A DNA stretch of 53,942 bases from an uncultured Candidatus Poseidoniales archaeon (GCA_902573015.1 CACGIE010000006.1:1-53942), one strand, 5' to 3'. Counted from the stretch's first letter, positions 38,921 to 49,549 are shown. Notes: generated by a model from the letters alone, not told the origin. Translations and numbers: made by a program.

Positions 38921-41359
38921 CTAGTCCTCGCAACCCTCTGCTTCTGACTCGTTGCATGGGTGTGTCTCTGTCTCTTCAGATGACTCTTCTGAGTCCTCAT
39001 CGACTCTATCAGGTTCATCGGAGACATAGTTGTACTCTACTGGCTCATTTCCGGGAAGTTCCAACTCGACCATCATTTGTAGGTCGGTCGTCCTATGGAC
39101 TGTAGCTCCGCCAGCTGAGAAGGCGTAGACGTAGTCCCCCATGAACATCGATCTCCTGATGTTCGTCGAGCCTGACCACCAACTTGACAGGCCCTCCTCG
39201 TTGTAGAACTCAGAGTGCTCAACCTCGCCATGATTTGATAGGGATCCGTTTTCGGTATCGATGTTGATCATCTTGAGCATCGAGACGTATTCATACCCGT
39301 AATGAGAGTAGACCTTACCCTCGATCTCAATCTCGTCGTAGACGTACCTGTGAGTGGACAGTGGGACTGCCAAAAGTGACTCAGGAGCCCAGAAGGTGAA
39401 TGCCTTGTGCTCGTAAGTTGCTTCGGAGTAGGACCAAGACCAGCCGCAGGTCATGATGTCCTCGCAGTTCTCGTCGACGTAAGCAGGAGTGAGTGGAAGA
39501 GTATCCGATAGACTCGGATTACTGGTGTCACTGACATCGAAAAGGGAGACTTGTGTAATGGACCAATCAAGACCGAGCCCATCCGCTCCTCCAGCTATTC
39601 CAATGGTGAGCAGGTTGTCATCGTCAATTGGATGGATGTAAGTTGACACTCCGGGTACGTGCAGTTCCCCCAGAACAATAGGGTTGTAGGGGTCGGAGAG
39701 ATCGATGACCCATAATGGGTCAATGTTCATGAAAGTCACTAGGTAGCCCCTATCTCCGACGAATCTAGCACTCCAAATCGTCTCTCCTTCTGCAATATCT
39801 CCGAGGAAGCCGATTTGATCGAGCTTCCCTTCTCCATCGTCCATCAAGATAGTGACTTGGTTTGTGGGTCCTGTCCAGACCGGTTCGCCATTCTCGTCTG
39901 TTTCAGCCAACCTCCACCACATCCACCAGTTGTCGGAAGTCGATGCGATGCGAATCGAACCATTATGCTCACTTATTGAGAACTGGTCGTTTACAGTCCC
40001 CTCAACCCTACCGGAAGCGAGATAGGTAGTGTGATTCGCATCGCTGATGTCGAATGAGTGGATGTTCGTGGCGTCCTCCCACTCAGAGTTCCTCCAGAAC
40101 CACCAGCCGTCGTTCGCTGGCTCGGCTAGAACCAAGGTGTCCTCTGAGGAGTAGACATGGGCCCATGAGGATGTGATGTGGTCAACCTCAAGAGATACTT
40201 CTTCATTGAGCATCTGCATTGTCATTATGGTAGTGAATCCCCGTCCTGCGCTATCAGAGCTCGCTGAGAACTCTGTACACTGCTCGTAGGTCAGAGGATG
40301 TGTGAATATCTCCCCTTCCCTGATTTCGTATATGTGAGGGACGAAGTCATCCAGAGTGAGCTCTGATATGACCTGCTCATTGTCTAGAACGGTCTGCTTT
40401 ACGCTATCGTTCCAGATACTCATTCTCTCGTCAGTATCTTCTACTGACCAGTACTCCTCTGGTAATTCGACCCAGTTTCTGATCCCGTCGAAGTATGTCC
40501 AAAGGTGTGTTACTGAGCGAACCGTTCCATCAACCATCCTTGCCGTGTGGTAGTTGCCCTCGATGTACATCTCCTTCTCTACAACTGGAGAGGATCGATT
40601 CGTTATGTCTACCACGGTGTACTTGACGAGGTTCTGAACCTTCGTGTAGCCGTAGGTCGCGTCACTGAACGGGTCGGTGACGGTGACTTCCTCGGACATC
40701 ATCTTCCTGAGATCGCTATCTTCGGGTAGAGACCAGTAGTATATCGAAGAGGAGATAACCAGCCTGTCGCCCTCAATCATCATCTGAGTAGGGTTTCCCT
40801 CAATTGTTAGGTTGGACTCCAATGTGAGTTCACCAAACTCAGGAACCCCCATTATTAGTAGCAATTGACCGTTCAGCATGTAGATGTGGTAACCATCAGT
40901 CTTCAGGAAGTCCGCTTCGTCTACACCCGCCTCCTGATTATTCGTACCCGAAAACTCCCCCTCGCGGGATTCTGTGGTCTGTCCGGACCCAGTCCCTCCA
41001 GTATCAGAAGCCGAGTCATCAGCAAGAGCCAATTCTGGTTCTGCGAAGATGGATCCGCCATCCATCCTCATCATAATTGGCTCTGTGACCCAGTGCCAGT
41101 AGCTTTGTTGATCCAGATTTACTATCATCTCGTCGTACACTGCCGTCTTTAGATCCTCCAGAAGTGTCTCGCATGCATCGTAGGTCTGTAGAGAGGGAGA
41201 AGATCTGGTTCTCTCTGGCAGATCTAGCTTAGGATAGTCCCCCTCTAGTGCATCTATGGTCCTATCAATGTCCTCGATGACCCCATCTACAGCCTGTAGA
41301 CAGCCGGCTGTCATCATCAAGAGCATCATCGAGAAAGCTCGAATGGATTTTCTCCTCAT
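38921..41359 (-). CDS. Secreted (probable lipoprotein) beta-propeller domain protein
   Basis: MRRK...MMTAGC lipobox-like signal; FSGTNNQEAGVDEADFLKTDG, NDQFSISE, SARFVGDRGYLVTF..DPL.VIDL, GELHVPGVSTYIHP; GGAGGT RBS at 41366-41371. Confidence 0.88.
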   Translation of the reverse strand: MRRKSIRAFSMMLLMMTAGCLQAVDGVIEDIDRTIDALEGDYPKLDLPERTRSSPSLQTYDACETLLEDLKTAVYDEMIVNLDQQSYWHWVTEPIMMRMDGGSIFAEPELALADDSASDTGGTGSGQTTESREGEFSGTNNQEAGVDEADFLKTDGYHIYMLNGQLLLIMGVPEFGELTLESNLTIEGNPTQMMIEGDRLVISSSIYYWSLPEDSDLRKMMSEEVTVTDPFSDATYGYTKVQNLVKYTVVDITNRSSPVVEKEMYIEGNYHTARMVDGTVRSVTHLWTYFDGIRNWVELPEEYWSVEDTDERMSIWNDSVKQTVLDNEQVISELTLDDFVPHIYEIREGEIFTHPLTYEQCTEFSASSDSAGRGFTTIMTMQMLNEEVSLEVDHITSSWAHVYSSEDTLVLAEPANDGWWFWRNSEWEDATNIHSFDISDANHTTYLASGRVEGTVNDQFSISEHNGSIRIASTSDNWWMWWRLAETDENGEPVWTGPTNQVTILMDDGEGKLDQIGFLGDIAEGETIWSARFVGDRGYLVTFMNIDPLWVIDLSDPYNPIVLGELHVPGVSTYIHPIDDDNLLTIGIAGGADGLGLDWSITQVSLFDVSDTSNPSLSDTLPLTPAYVDENCEDIMTCGWSWSYSEATYEHKAFTFWAPESLLAVPLSTHRYVYDEIEIEGKVYSHYGYEYVSMLKMINIDTENGSLSNHGEVEHSEFYNEEGLSSWWSGSTNIRRSMFMGDYVYAFSAGGATVHRTTDLQMMVELELPGNEPVEYNYVSDEPDRVDEDSEESSEETETHPCNESEAEGCED

Positions 41360-41421
41360 ATCTTTACCTCCGTGATTCCTTATTTCAATACAGTAGTGAG
41401 TCAGCATATACCAACCGTGTT

Positions 41422-41610
41422 TCAAATTCCGATCGAACCATAATTCAGTGGCTCACGCATTTGAGAAATATTACTCGGTGCTGGATCTTCCGAATCCTCC
41501 TCCTCTTCGCTCGTCATTTCAACGCCACCAGGGTGCTCACTGGTGACGAGGCTCTTAGTGCCGGCCAGGAAAATCAGCGCGGCGACCTGCATGTCCAGTG
41601 TTTGGTCCAT
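41422..41610 (-). CDS. Small acidic hypothetical protein (62 aa)
   Basis: Canonical TATA box TTTAAATT (41634-41641) 24-31 nt upstream of the ATG; fills an otherwise empty gap. Confidence 0.5.
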   Translation of the reverse strand: MDQTLDMQVAALIFLAGTKSLVTSEHPGGVEMTSEEEEDSEDPAPSNISQMREPLNYGSIGI

Positions 41611-41688
41611 GAAACTTCAACATCGTCATCTGTAATTTAAACAAATTGGCGGCATGCGTCGGTGATGTTTCAGACATTTACCGGATAT

Positions 41689-41763
41689 TGGTGCGAACAC
41701 CGGGAGTTGAACCCGGGTTAGCAGGTTGGGAACCTGCTGTCATAACCACTAGACCATGTCCGC
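41689..41763 (-). tRNA. tRNA-Gly(CCC)
   Basis: GCGGACA/TGTTCGC acceptor, GCAGG-TTCCCAA-CCTGC anticodon arm, GGTTCAACTCC T arm, encoded CCA. Confidence 0.95.
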
Positions 41764-41824
41764 TTCAGTCAAGGGAGGGAGTCTTGGTAATTGAGAGGCT
41801 CGGTTTATACAGAATCGAGATGCT

Positions 41825-43534
41825 CTAGACTAGGCGACGAAGTGCTTCCATTGACGAGTCTGCATCTCCCAATGATTCCAAGCAATCGTCAATCTGCCCT
41901 TCTGAAAGGGCCCTCTCTGCAGCTGCAAGATGTCCCTCGGTTGAAATCCTGTCTTTGTTGTCCGCTCCATAACCCGATGAATCGAGCCTCTTCCTGAGTT
42001 TTCTCCAATCTTCGTCCAAGAATTCGAGCATCTCTCGGGCCTCTTCGATCCTGGAATAGAAATCATCCAGCTCTCCAGCTAGTGCGCTCAGGCTTTCTGC
42101 GGACTCTATCCATTTTCCCGCATCTGCCGACGATTTAGCCTCATCCAGTCTTCTACTCCACTCAGAGCCCGAGTCTCCTGCTGGTATCCTGTCCTCGATG
42201 CTCTTGACCTGTCTCAGAGACCTCTGGACAGTGGTTTTCGCTTCGGATTCCTTCCTTATCGACCTAGTCACTCCTTCCGAGAGTCCTATTGCGAGAGACG
42301 CGTTGCCAGATTCTAAAGCCACAATTGCATCTTCCAACCTCTTGTTGAGATCACCAATAGAGGCCGAATCGTATGACGAAACCTCGCTCTTGGCCTCCTC
42401 CAAGGATTTTCTTGCTTGTAACATTAGGTCTTCTACATCATCCATCTGGGATGGGATCTCTGAAACAATTGCCAATGCATACTGTGGATCTTCATCTTCC
42501 ATGGCTTTTTTTGCTTCATTCAGAGTTGATCGAAGTCCTTGGACCAAGTGACCTTGCGCATCGGAGATTGCTTTCTCGGCCTCATCAATCGCTTCTATGG
42601 CATTCTGCCAATTGGACTCGATCATCTCTGCCTCGGACTGAGCCTCCCTGAATCTACTTTCAGAAGTCCTGAGTGAGCCGTTTTCAAGTTCGTTCAAGGC
42701 GTTTTCGAAAATCTTCCTTGGCCTACCTGGGAAACCTGTTATTTTCTCGGCTTTATTGACAGAGATTTCGGATCGCTCCCTGATTTCTTCGACGTCGGAT
42801 ACGAATGATGCAATCCTAGTTGCTTCCCTCTTGGCTTCTGAGATCAGTTCAGTACCTCTTTCAGGATTTTTCCATCCTTGCTCTCTGGCCATCTTCAGTA
42901 GGGAGTTTGGTTGCTGCATCAGTGTGTTCCCAGACTGTAGACCAAGGATATGTCTCTCTGCATCCTTAAGTTGTTCAGAGAAAACTTGCCTTTCTTGCTC
43001 TAAGCCGTCTTTCGTGAGTAGTATGGGTATAGTGGTGAATGAGGCGGCAATTGCCATGATCAGGAGAGATGCAAGGTTTGATTCCAGGACTATCGGAATA
43101 GCAAGAGTGAATCCAATTGTTGTTATCATGCCCCTCCATCTCCTTGTTTTCACATCGTATCCCAATATAGTCCTCGATGTATAATACAGAATTGCGGAGA
43201 CAAGGACAAGAGTTAGGACTGCAGTAATGTTTCCTTCATCACGATTTACCGCTGCTATTGCAAGTAGTAATGGCCATGCAACGCAGCATGCAGTAGAGAT
43301 TCGCATCCTCTCAGTTGGTCCAAATTCTACTAGATCCTGAAGAAGTAGTGCAGAGGAGAATAGGAGTAGTACTGGAACGTACCTATACAGTGGAGATGAT
43401 TCAGACCCGAAAGAAGAGAATAGCCACCAAGCTCCGAAAGAAATGAGTAGAATCTGAAAGAGCAATGATGCCCTATCTACTCTCGCTCGATGTTTGGCGA
43501 CGACACGCCTTGGGTAGTCTGGAAGCATCACCAT
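41825..43534 (-). CDS. Membrane protein with about 6 N-terminal TM helices and a long helical/coiled-coil C-terminus
   Basis: Hydrophobic N-terminal region followed by ~400 aa of E/A/L/R-rich helical repeats; likely start ATG 43534. Confidence 0.8.
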   Translation of the reverse strand: MVMLPDYPRRVVAKHRARVDRASLLFQILLISFGAWWLFSSFGSESSPLYRYVPVLLLFSSALLLQDLVEFGPTERMRISTACCVAWPLLLAIAAVNRDEGNITAVLTLVLVSAILYYTSRTILGYDVKTRRWRGMITTIGFTLAIPIVLESNLASLLIMAIAASFTTIPILLTKDGLEQERQVFSEQLKDAERHILGLQSGNTLMQQPNSLLKMAREQGWKNPERGTELISEAKREATRIASFVSDVEEIRERSEISVNKAEKITGFPGRPRKIFENALNELENGSLRTSESRFREAQSEAEMIESNWQNAIEAIDEAEKAISDAQGHLVQGLRSTLNEAKKAMEDEDPQYALAIVSEIPSQMDDVEDLMLQARKSLEEAKSEVSSYDSASIGDLNKRLEDAIVALESGNASLAIGLSEGVTRSIRKESEAKTTVQRSLRQVKSIEDRIPAGDSGSEWSRRLDEAKSSADAGKWIESAESLSALAGELDDFYSRIEEAREMLEFLDEDWRKLRKRLDSSGYGADNKDRISTEGHLAAAERALSEGQIDDCLESLGDADSSMEALRRLV

Positions 43535-43596
43535 ATACCTTAAGATAAAGAGGGGGTCAATATGTATACGGTTCCAAGTGCAGGGTAGGGACAGGA

Positions 43597-45717
43597 TTAT
43601 TCTGATTTCCTGTACCATGCAAGTAAAAATGCAGATATTACGATTACTACAGCTAAGATCAGTGATGTAGAGATTCCTGATTGGTTCTTTACAGATACCT
43701 CCATTGGAATATCCCCATATGTCCCTGCTGAAGCGCTATCCCAACTAAGGTAAAGATCCTCGACGGTATCGTTCTGCATCTCGAACTGGAACTCTATTGT
43801 CGCCTGTCCGGGGCCTGATTCCAAAGTGGCTGCGAACGGTTCTTCGGTCCATCTTCCGCAGATATCTGACAGGCATACTCGAGCGAAAGCAGGATCTGAA
43901 CCATCGTTTTGTACCAACACTGTGAGTATCACACTACTTCCAACCCTAGCATCATCAGGAAGTGTCGCTTCGATCACTCTGATGTGAGAACCTCTCCTAG
44001 GATCAACAGTAATCGAGATTGGCTCTTCCCTGATATTTCCCTTGGAGTCGGTTGCTTTCACAGTGATGTTATGAGTGCCCTTGGAGAGGTTTGAGAGACT
44101 TATTGGTTCGAAGACTGACCAGTCTGGGCTACTCTGGAATATCGCTTCGCCATCTACCAATACGGACCATGAAACGTCACCGATTGAGTCCAAGTCATCA
44201 TAAGAGTGAGAGAGGTCGAGGTTTAGTTCATCCTTCTCATGTACTTTATCGTCGTACTCAATCTCTATTCCATTGGAGAATAATCGTGGAATTACTGTCG
44301 GAGGGTTCGCATCCAGAACTCTTAGTGTCCATTCTGACAAGACCGTGTTTCCGGCATCGTCGGTAGCGACTAGTGCCATGAGGATTTCAGATGGTGCCCT
44401 CTGCAAGTGCCTCTGATTTATTCCCATATCGGCACCATTGACGCCAATTCCCTGATTGGCGGTGAATTCGAAAGTTTGCTGATTCAAACCGGTTTGCCTC
44501 CATCCCTCTGATACGTTTGTGTACAACTCTAGCAATACCGGCAGAGATGAGTCGTCAGATGCATTTACTTCGAATCTAATCAAGCTCCCCGCCAGTGCAA
44601 GAATTGGCGTTTGGCTTCCATTTTCTATCACCTCTCCTTCGATTCCACCGACTGAGAACTTCCCACTCCAGTCTGGCGGGATTCCATCAACGGTGGGATT
44701 GTCGTTCCAATGCGATACCGCTCCGTGGAAGTCTATGCAGGTTGCGTTCACGCTCATAACATCCCCATGGGTGAAGTTTAGATCGCTGGGCTTAACTGAT
44801 ATCCAATTATTATCAAATGAGGATATTGTTGTTCCGCTTCTGCTTATTGTCCACTCTATTCTCGGATTTTCCAGGAGATTATCAGTGCAGGTTGCTGAAA
44901 ACGTTGAGGGCTTTTCCAGCGAGATGGTAGAGGAAATTTGAGGGAAGCTTGTCGCGGAAAGGATTGGAGGCATGTTACGGTCAATTGTAATCCTGATGTC
45001 ATAGGCAACTGGGGCCTGAGACCTGTCGACAAAGAATGCTCCTGGGCTACCAGTGATTATCTCTGACATTGGACTAAACTTGAATTCCCAGTCCTGAGGA
45101 AGAGAGACTCTCAGAGGAACTTCCTCAATCAGAGCGCCTACTCTAGGGAGGTCGATTAATCGTAGAGTCCTACCATCAGAAGTACCGATCAGATTTCCAC
45201 TCTCCGTCCACCCCCATTTCCCGCCGGTTCTGTTTGTAGGTCCGATTTCTGGAGGATTGACAGATACGTCAATGGATCCAATGACTGACATGGAAGAATG
45301 GTCGAATGCGCAACAGCCACCTGAAAATGAGTCTGTCCAGTTTCTGGAAGAGACTACCAGTTCAGAGAAAGAGTTGGATTCCGATTCGTCCAACCACCCG
45401 TCCGAGTTGCCTAAGATCTGATCTATCTGTTCCAAGAGCCCAATCGATCTGTTCTCCAGAAGATCGGTTCCGTAGCTCTCGAGAACGGATATCTGTGCGA
45501 ACCAAGTCGCGTTAACTTGTGAGCTAGATGAGATTGAATTGGTGAAATTAAGGAAAGAATGCCCTTGAATTGTCTGATTACCATTCGAATCTGAGAAAAC
45601 CGAATCCGATTCATGTTCCTTCAGTGAATAATCAGATACCGAAATTTGGGATAGCAGTAGAAGAGTAGGGATGAGGAGAGTTACTAGAAAGTGTGATTTT
45701 CTTTTTTCGGATGGCAT
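43597..45717 (-). CDS. Secreted, C-terminally anchored beta-rich surface glycoprotein (Ig/PKD/CARDB-like domains)
   Basis: Signal peptide, many N-x-S/T sequons, GTHNITVKATDSKGN, LTVLVQNDG, C-terminal TM helix with a basic tail. Confidence 0.8.
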   Translation of the reverse strand: MPSEKRKSHFLVTLLIPTLLLLSQISVSDYSLKEHESDSVFSDSNGNQTIQGHSFLNFTNSISSSSQVNATWFAQISVLESYGTDLLENRSIGLLEQIDQILGNSDGWLDESESNSFSELVVSSRNWTDSFSGGCCAFDHSSMSVIGSIDVSVNPPEIGPTNRTGGKWGWTESGNLIGTSDGRTLRLIDLPRVGALIEEVPLRVSLPQDWEFKFSPMSEIITGSPGAFFVDRSQAPVAYDIRITIDRNMPPILSATSFPQISSTISLEKPSTFSATCTDNLLENPRIEWTISRSGTTISSFDNNWISVKPSDLNFTHGDVMSVNATCIDFHGAVSHWNDNPTVDGIPPDWSGKFSVGGIEGEVIENGSQTPILALAGSLIRFEVNASDDSSLPVLLELYTNVSEGWRQTGLNQQTFEFTANQGIGVNGADMGINQRHLQRAPSEILMALVATDDAGNTVLSEWTLRVLDANPPTVIPRLFSNGIEIEYDDKVHEKDELNLDLSHSYDDLDSIGDVSWSVLVDGEAIFQSSPDWSVFEPISLSNLSKGTHNITVKATDSKGNIREEPISITVDPRRGSHIRVIEATLPDDARVGSSVILTVLVQNDGSDPAFARVCLSDICGRWTEEPFAATLESGPGQATIEFQFEMQNDTVEDLYLSWDSASAGTYGDIPMEVSVKNQSGISTSLILAVVIVISAFLLAWYRKSE

Positions 45718-45730
45718 CTTGGCACCTCAC

Positions 45731-46708
45731 TCAAGTTCCAAATATTATTCTGGAGCCAGAGAAGTCAATTTCCAAGGGGAACATCCGATGGCCTTCACCT
45801 AGTTCTCTTTGTAGAATTCCTCGGAGTTGCCGATTTCCACATACCAAGAGGAAGCCTCCATTCCCAGCTCCTAGAAGCTTGGCCCCTATTGCCCCGGAAG
45901 AGATCGCCCTCTCGTATAAGTCATCGATTTGTGTATTGGTAACCATTGAGGAGACTCCTCTCTTAGATATCCATGTCTGATTAAGAATCGTCCCTAGTGA
46001 GTCGAGATCTCCGTTCTCTAAATGGGACGCTGCCTCATCAGCGTGCTTCCTAATTTCCCTCATCCTGCTATTCTTATCGGACTCGTCATCAGATCGCTCA
46101 GACAAGACCTTGCTAGCGCTTCTAGTCAATCCTGTGAAGACGAGAGTGAAATTCTCGGAGAATTTCTTGGACAATCCTTCTGAAACCTCGATAGGTTCTA
46201 CTTGGACTCCATTTTCTCCAAACCTGATTGAGTTGACCCCCCCGAAAGAGGCTGCGTACTGGTCCTGTCTGCCAATCGGTGCACCCAAGGTTTCTATCTC
46301 GATCTGACAAGCCTCTTCAGCGAGCTGTTCCTTGGAAACCTCCCTTCCCTGAAAGGCATGCATCGCGTTCAGTAGACCTACAGTGACAGAAGAGGAGGAT
46401 CCGAGTCCTGTTCCCTGTCCTGGTATGTCGGCAATCGTGGTAATCTCGACACCCGATTCTATTCCGGTTAGTCTCAATGCCTCCCTAACCAGACCGTGTT
46501 GAATGTTTTCTAGAGAACTTACATCCTCCATGGATGAGTAAGAGACTCGAATCCGATCGTCGAATCTCCTGTTTATGGTAACATACACGTATCTGGACAG
46601 TGCAGCAGAAACTACCCTGCCCCCCATTGGTTCCGACATCGAGAAGTCATCGATATCCGTTCCACCTCCACAGAACGAAACTCTGAGAGGGGTTCGGCTG
46701 ATTATCAT
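45731..46708 (-). CDS. GHMP family sugar kinase (HddA/heptose-7-phosphate kinase-like)
   Basis: MIISRTPLRVSFCGGGTD, PGQGTGLGSSS, GRQDQYAASFGG, GAKLLGAGNGG. Confidence 0.88.
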   Translation of the reverse strand: MIISRTPLRVSFCGGGTDIDDFSMSEPMGGRVVSAALSRYVYVTINRRFDDRIRVSYSSMEDVSSLENIQHGLVREALRLTGIESGVEITTIADIPGQGTGLGSSSSVTVGLLNAMHAFQGREVSKEQLAEEACQIEIETLGAPIGRQDQYAASFGGVNSIRFGENGVQVEPIEVSEGLSKKFSENFTLVFTGLTRSASKVLSERSDDESDKNSRMREIRKHADEAASHLENGDLDSLGTILNQTWISKRGVSSMVTNTQIDDLYERAISSGAIGAKLLGAGNGGFLLVCGNRQLRGILQRELGEGHRMFPLEIDFSGSRIIFGT

Positions 46709-46819
46709 CGAAACTTCGGGATAGAGTGTCACTCATCAAGACGCCGGTTTGAAGGAATTGAGCATTTTATGCAATGACAAGGCATATGAGAGGGCTGCTT
46801 CCGCGAGAGTCAGAGAACA

Positions 46820-47749
46820 ATGGGCGACATAGTCACTATGGACGACCTAACCAACCAAGATATCGTTGCCGTTCTGGATGATGCCGAGAGACTAGTTCCG
46901 GTTGCTAGAGGCGAAGTTTACCTCCCCCTCCTGCAGGGAAAGGTGCTAGCAAACATGTTCTTCGAAAACTCAACTAGGACCAGAATGTCATTCGAGACTG
47001 CCATGAAGAGGCTCGGTGGATCCGTCCTGAACTTCACTTCTATAGGAACATCAGTAGCAAAGGGTGAGACCCTCTATGACACCATGCAGATGATTGACGG
47101 ATATGCTGATGTGGCCGCTATCAGGCATCCAAGACAAGGTGCAGCCCAATACAGCGCAGACGCAGTGGGAATTCCTATCCTGAACGCTGGTGATGGTGCT
47201 GGAAATCATCCAACTCAGACTATGCTTGATCTCTTCACTATTAGACAGGCACATGGAACTCTGGAAGGACTTAATGTGGTCCTTGTCGGAGATTTGAGAT
47301 ATGGTAGAACGGTTCACAGCCTTTCCCATGCATTAGTTAGGTTCGGAGCCAAACTTACTCTGGTATCACCATCAACGCTGAAAATGCCGGTCGAGATAGT
47401 TTCGGATCTCAGAGAACATGGTTCAGAAATCGTGGAGACAGAGTCATTGGAGGACCAAATCGCAGGAGCGGACGTGATCTACGTAACTAGGATCCAGAAG
47501 GAGAGGTTCCCTGATGAGGACGAGTACGCCAAGGTAGCTGGGATATACAAAATCGAGGCATCGGACCTTTCCAGTGCCATCAAGGGAATGATTGTCATGC
47601 ACCCTCTGCCAAGGGTGGACGAGATAGATCCAGGCGTGGACTCCACCGAGTTCGCTAGATACTTCGAGCAGGCTTTCAATGGTGTCCCCACTAGGATGGC
47701 CCTGCTATGTAGGAGTCTAGGAATAGATGTTCCCAAGAAGGTGAATTGA
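46820..47749 (+). CDS. pyrB: Aspartate carbamoyltransferase catalytic subunit
   Basis: FFENSTRT, NAGDG..HPTQ, GDLRYGRTVHSL, RIQKER, HPLPR. Confidence 0.97.
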   Translation: MGDIVTMDDLTNQDIVAVLDDAERLVPVARGEVYLPLLQGKVLANMFFENSTRTRMSFETAMKRLGGSVLNFTSIGTSVAKGETLYDTMQMIDGYADVAAIRHPRQGAAQYSADAVGIPILNAGDGAGNHPTQTMLDLFTIRQAHGTLEGLNVVLVGDLRYGRTVHSLSHALVRFGAKLTLVSPSTLKMPVEIVSDLREHGSEIVETESLEDQIAGADVIYVTRIQKERFPDEDEYAKVAGIYKIEASDLSSAIKGMIVMHPLPRVDEIDPGVDSTEFARYFEQAFNGVPTRMALLCRSLGIDVPKKVN

Positions 47750-48216
47750 TGAGTGAGATGAGAAGAGTAACCGCAATTCGAAACGGCACAGTAGTGGATC
47801 ACATCCCCTCAGGTAATGCAATGCAGGTAATCAGGATTCTGAGGATAGATACTGACAGGGCTACTCCGGTATCACTAGTGATGAATGTACCTAGCGATAA
47901 GTTGGGAAGGAAGGACGTCCTAAAAATCGAGGATAGAGAGCTAGACCAGGAGGACTTGGATAGACTTGCTCTGATAGCACCTGCTGCTAGTATAGCGATA
48001 ATCAGGAATCACGCTGTTGCTGAGAAGATGAAGGTGGAACTGGCTGATGACCTCGTAAATATTGCCAAGTGCTCCTTTTGGAACTGTATAACGAAGAACG
48101 ATCGAGAACCATTGCCACAAAGGATGCGCGTGACATCGAGGGACCCATTGCAAGTCAGGTGCTATTACTGTGGACGAGGGCAAGAAATCGATGAGTTGAT
48201 TGAAAATATCCTCTAA
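47746..48216 (+). CDS. pyrI: Aspartate carbamoyltransferase regulatory subunit
   Basis: IRNGTVVDHI, KDVLKIE, zinc ligands C....C and CYYC. Confidence 0.95.
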   Translation: MMSEMRRVTAIRNGTVVDHIPSGNAMQVIRILRIDTDRATPVSLVMNVPSDKLGRKDVLKIEDRELDQEDLDRLALIAPAASIAIIRNHAVAEKMKVELADDLVNIAKCSFWNCITKNDREPLPQRMRVTSRDPLQVRCYYCGRGQEIDELIENIL

Positions 48217-48227
48217 GTAAATCTGTA

Positions 48228-49229
48228 TCAGGAGGCCTCAGATAGCCAATTCCTCATCGTGCATGACTGACAGACCTCTCGGCTGGTAATCTCACCGCAT
48301 TCATTGCAATTTTTTACATCCTGAGTAAGGTCTGGATTCGCCATTAAGTGCATCTCTCTTATTCTATCAAGGGAGTGTAGAAGGCCGTGTCTTGCTCCAG
48401 GAGTCAGTGTCTCAAGACTAGCAACAACTGACCTACTCTGCTGACGCATAGCGCCGGGGGCATGAGGACAGTCTCCATGGTGAATGGGGAGTCCCGAAAA
48501 CAAGGCATGAGCGTGGATCTCTTGCTCAGGTATCCATCGAAGGGGGACAATCCTAGGAACCAATCCGTCAATCTTGGAATGGGTATGTGGGGCGAGCCTG
48601 ACTGACCTCTCAATCTCACCCTTTTGGAGGTTCATAAGAATGGACTGAGCCATATCATCCAGATTGTGACCTAATGCCATGACATCGGCATCCACTCTGT
48701 CAGCCAGTGCATTGAGACCCTGTCTACGGAAGACCCCGCAGTATGAACATGGCATGAGTCCCTTTGCCTCAACGTGACTCTCCCCCATTGCAGGAATGAG
48801 CTTGACCACCTCGTCCATTCTTGCATATCCCATCTCCTCGTAGCTAAGAGTCTCGAATCTAAGGGAAAGTGAGTCAGCCAGTTCTCTAGCAAATTCCATC
48901 GATGGAGCGCGATAGCCATCGATTCCCTCGTCGACGCAACCCGCTACCAATTCCACATCCCTTCGGCCTCCGATAATGTCGGCCATCATCGATAGTAGGA
49001 CTGCTGAGTCCTTTCCGCCTGAAACAGCTATGAGGATGATGAAGGGCGATCCATCGTCCTTGGTAGCGTTCTTTGGGAGGCTTAGTTGTGCCCTCAGTTC
49101 CCTTGAGGTTCTCTTGCGAATTGAGGTAGAAAGGTGCCTCCCACACAGATGTTGACCACTGTACTCTTGGAAGACAATAGCATCGGAGCGACATCTGCTG
49201 CAAGTCTGAACCTCGATGGCTCCTGTCAT
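48228..49229 (-). CDS. tRNA 2-thiolation protein, Ncs6/TtuA/NcsA type
   Basis: N-terminal CxxC..CxxH, SGGKDS PP-loop, CSYCGVFRR, GHNLDD, C-terminal CxxC..CxxC. Confidence 0.92.
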   Translation of the reverse strand: MTGAIEVQTCSRCRSDAIVFQEYSGQHLCGRHLSTSIRKRTSRELRAQLSLPKNATKDDGSPFIILIAVSGGKDSAVLLSMMADIIGGRRDVELVAGCVDEGIDGYRAPSMEFARELADSLSLRFETLSYEEMGYARMDEVVKLIPAMGESHVEAKGLMPCSYCGVFRRQGLNALADRVDADVMALGHNLDDMAQSILMNLQKGEIERSVRLAPHTHSKIDGLVPRIVPLRWIPEQEIHAHALFSGLPIHHGDCPHAPGAMRQQSRSVVASLETLTPGARHGLLHSLDRIREMHLMANPDLTQDVKNCNECGEITSREVCQSCTMRNWLSEAS

Positions 49230-49303
49230 GTAGCTTCGTCGGGTAGCATAGGCTTCAAACCATCCTCCGGTGATTTGATTCGTTGACTATCCACCGGAAG
49301 GAT

Positions 49304-49549
49304 ATGGGCAGTTCTGAAATCCTACCCGATAGGAGCGAGATTGGGGAGAAGATTTTCTCCCCCATGATTGACAGATTTTCCCTGTTTGTGCTATCATTTT
49401 TGAGCATACTCGCCTTTCCAGAAATAGAAGAGACGATAGAGCCGATTATGGGTGAAATGTCTGGCTTAGTGACGGTGTGTGGCTTGGTTACAGTGATTCC
49501 TCTAATCGCTACATCTATCGGAAAGATGTACGTTAGAATTAGGTCCTAG
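49304..49549 (+). CDS. Small membrane protein (2 TM)
   Basis: Two hydrophobic segments; TTTGATT about 25 nt upstream of ATG 49304. Confidence 0.55.
   Translation: MGSSEILPDRSEIGEKIFSPMIDRFSLFVLSFLSILAFPEIEETIEPIMGEMSGLVTVCGLVTVIPLIATSIGKMYVRIRS

Noticed and set aside
38921-41688. Possible island integrated at the tRNA-Gly 3' end
   Set aside because: No duplicated tRNA 3' end, no integrase and no obvious composition shift
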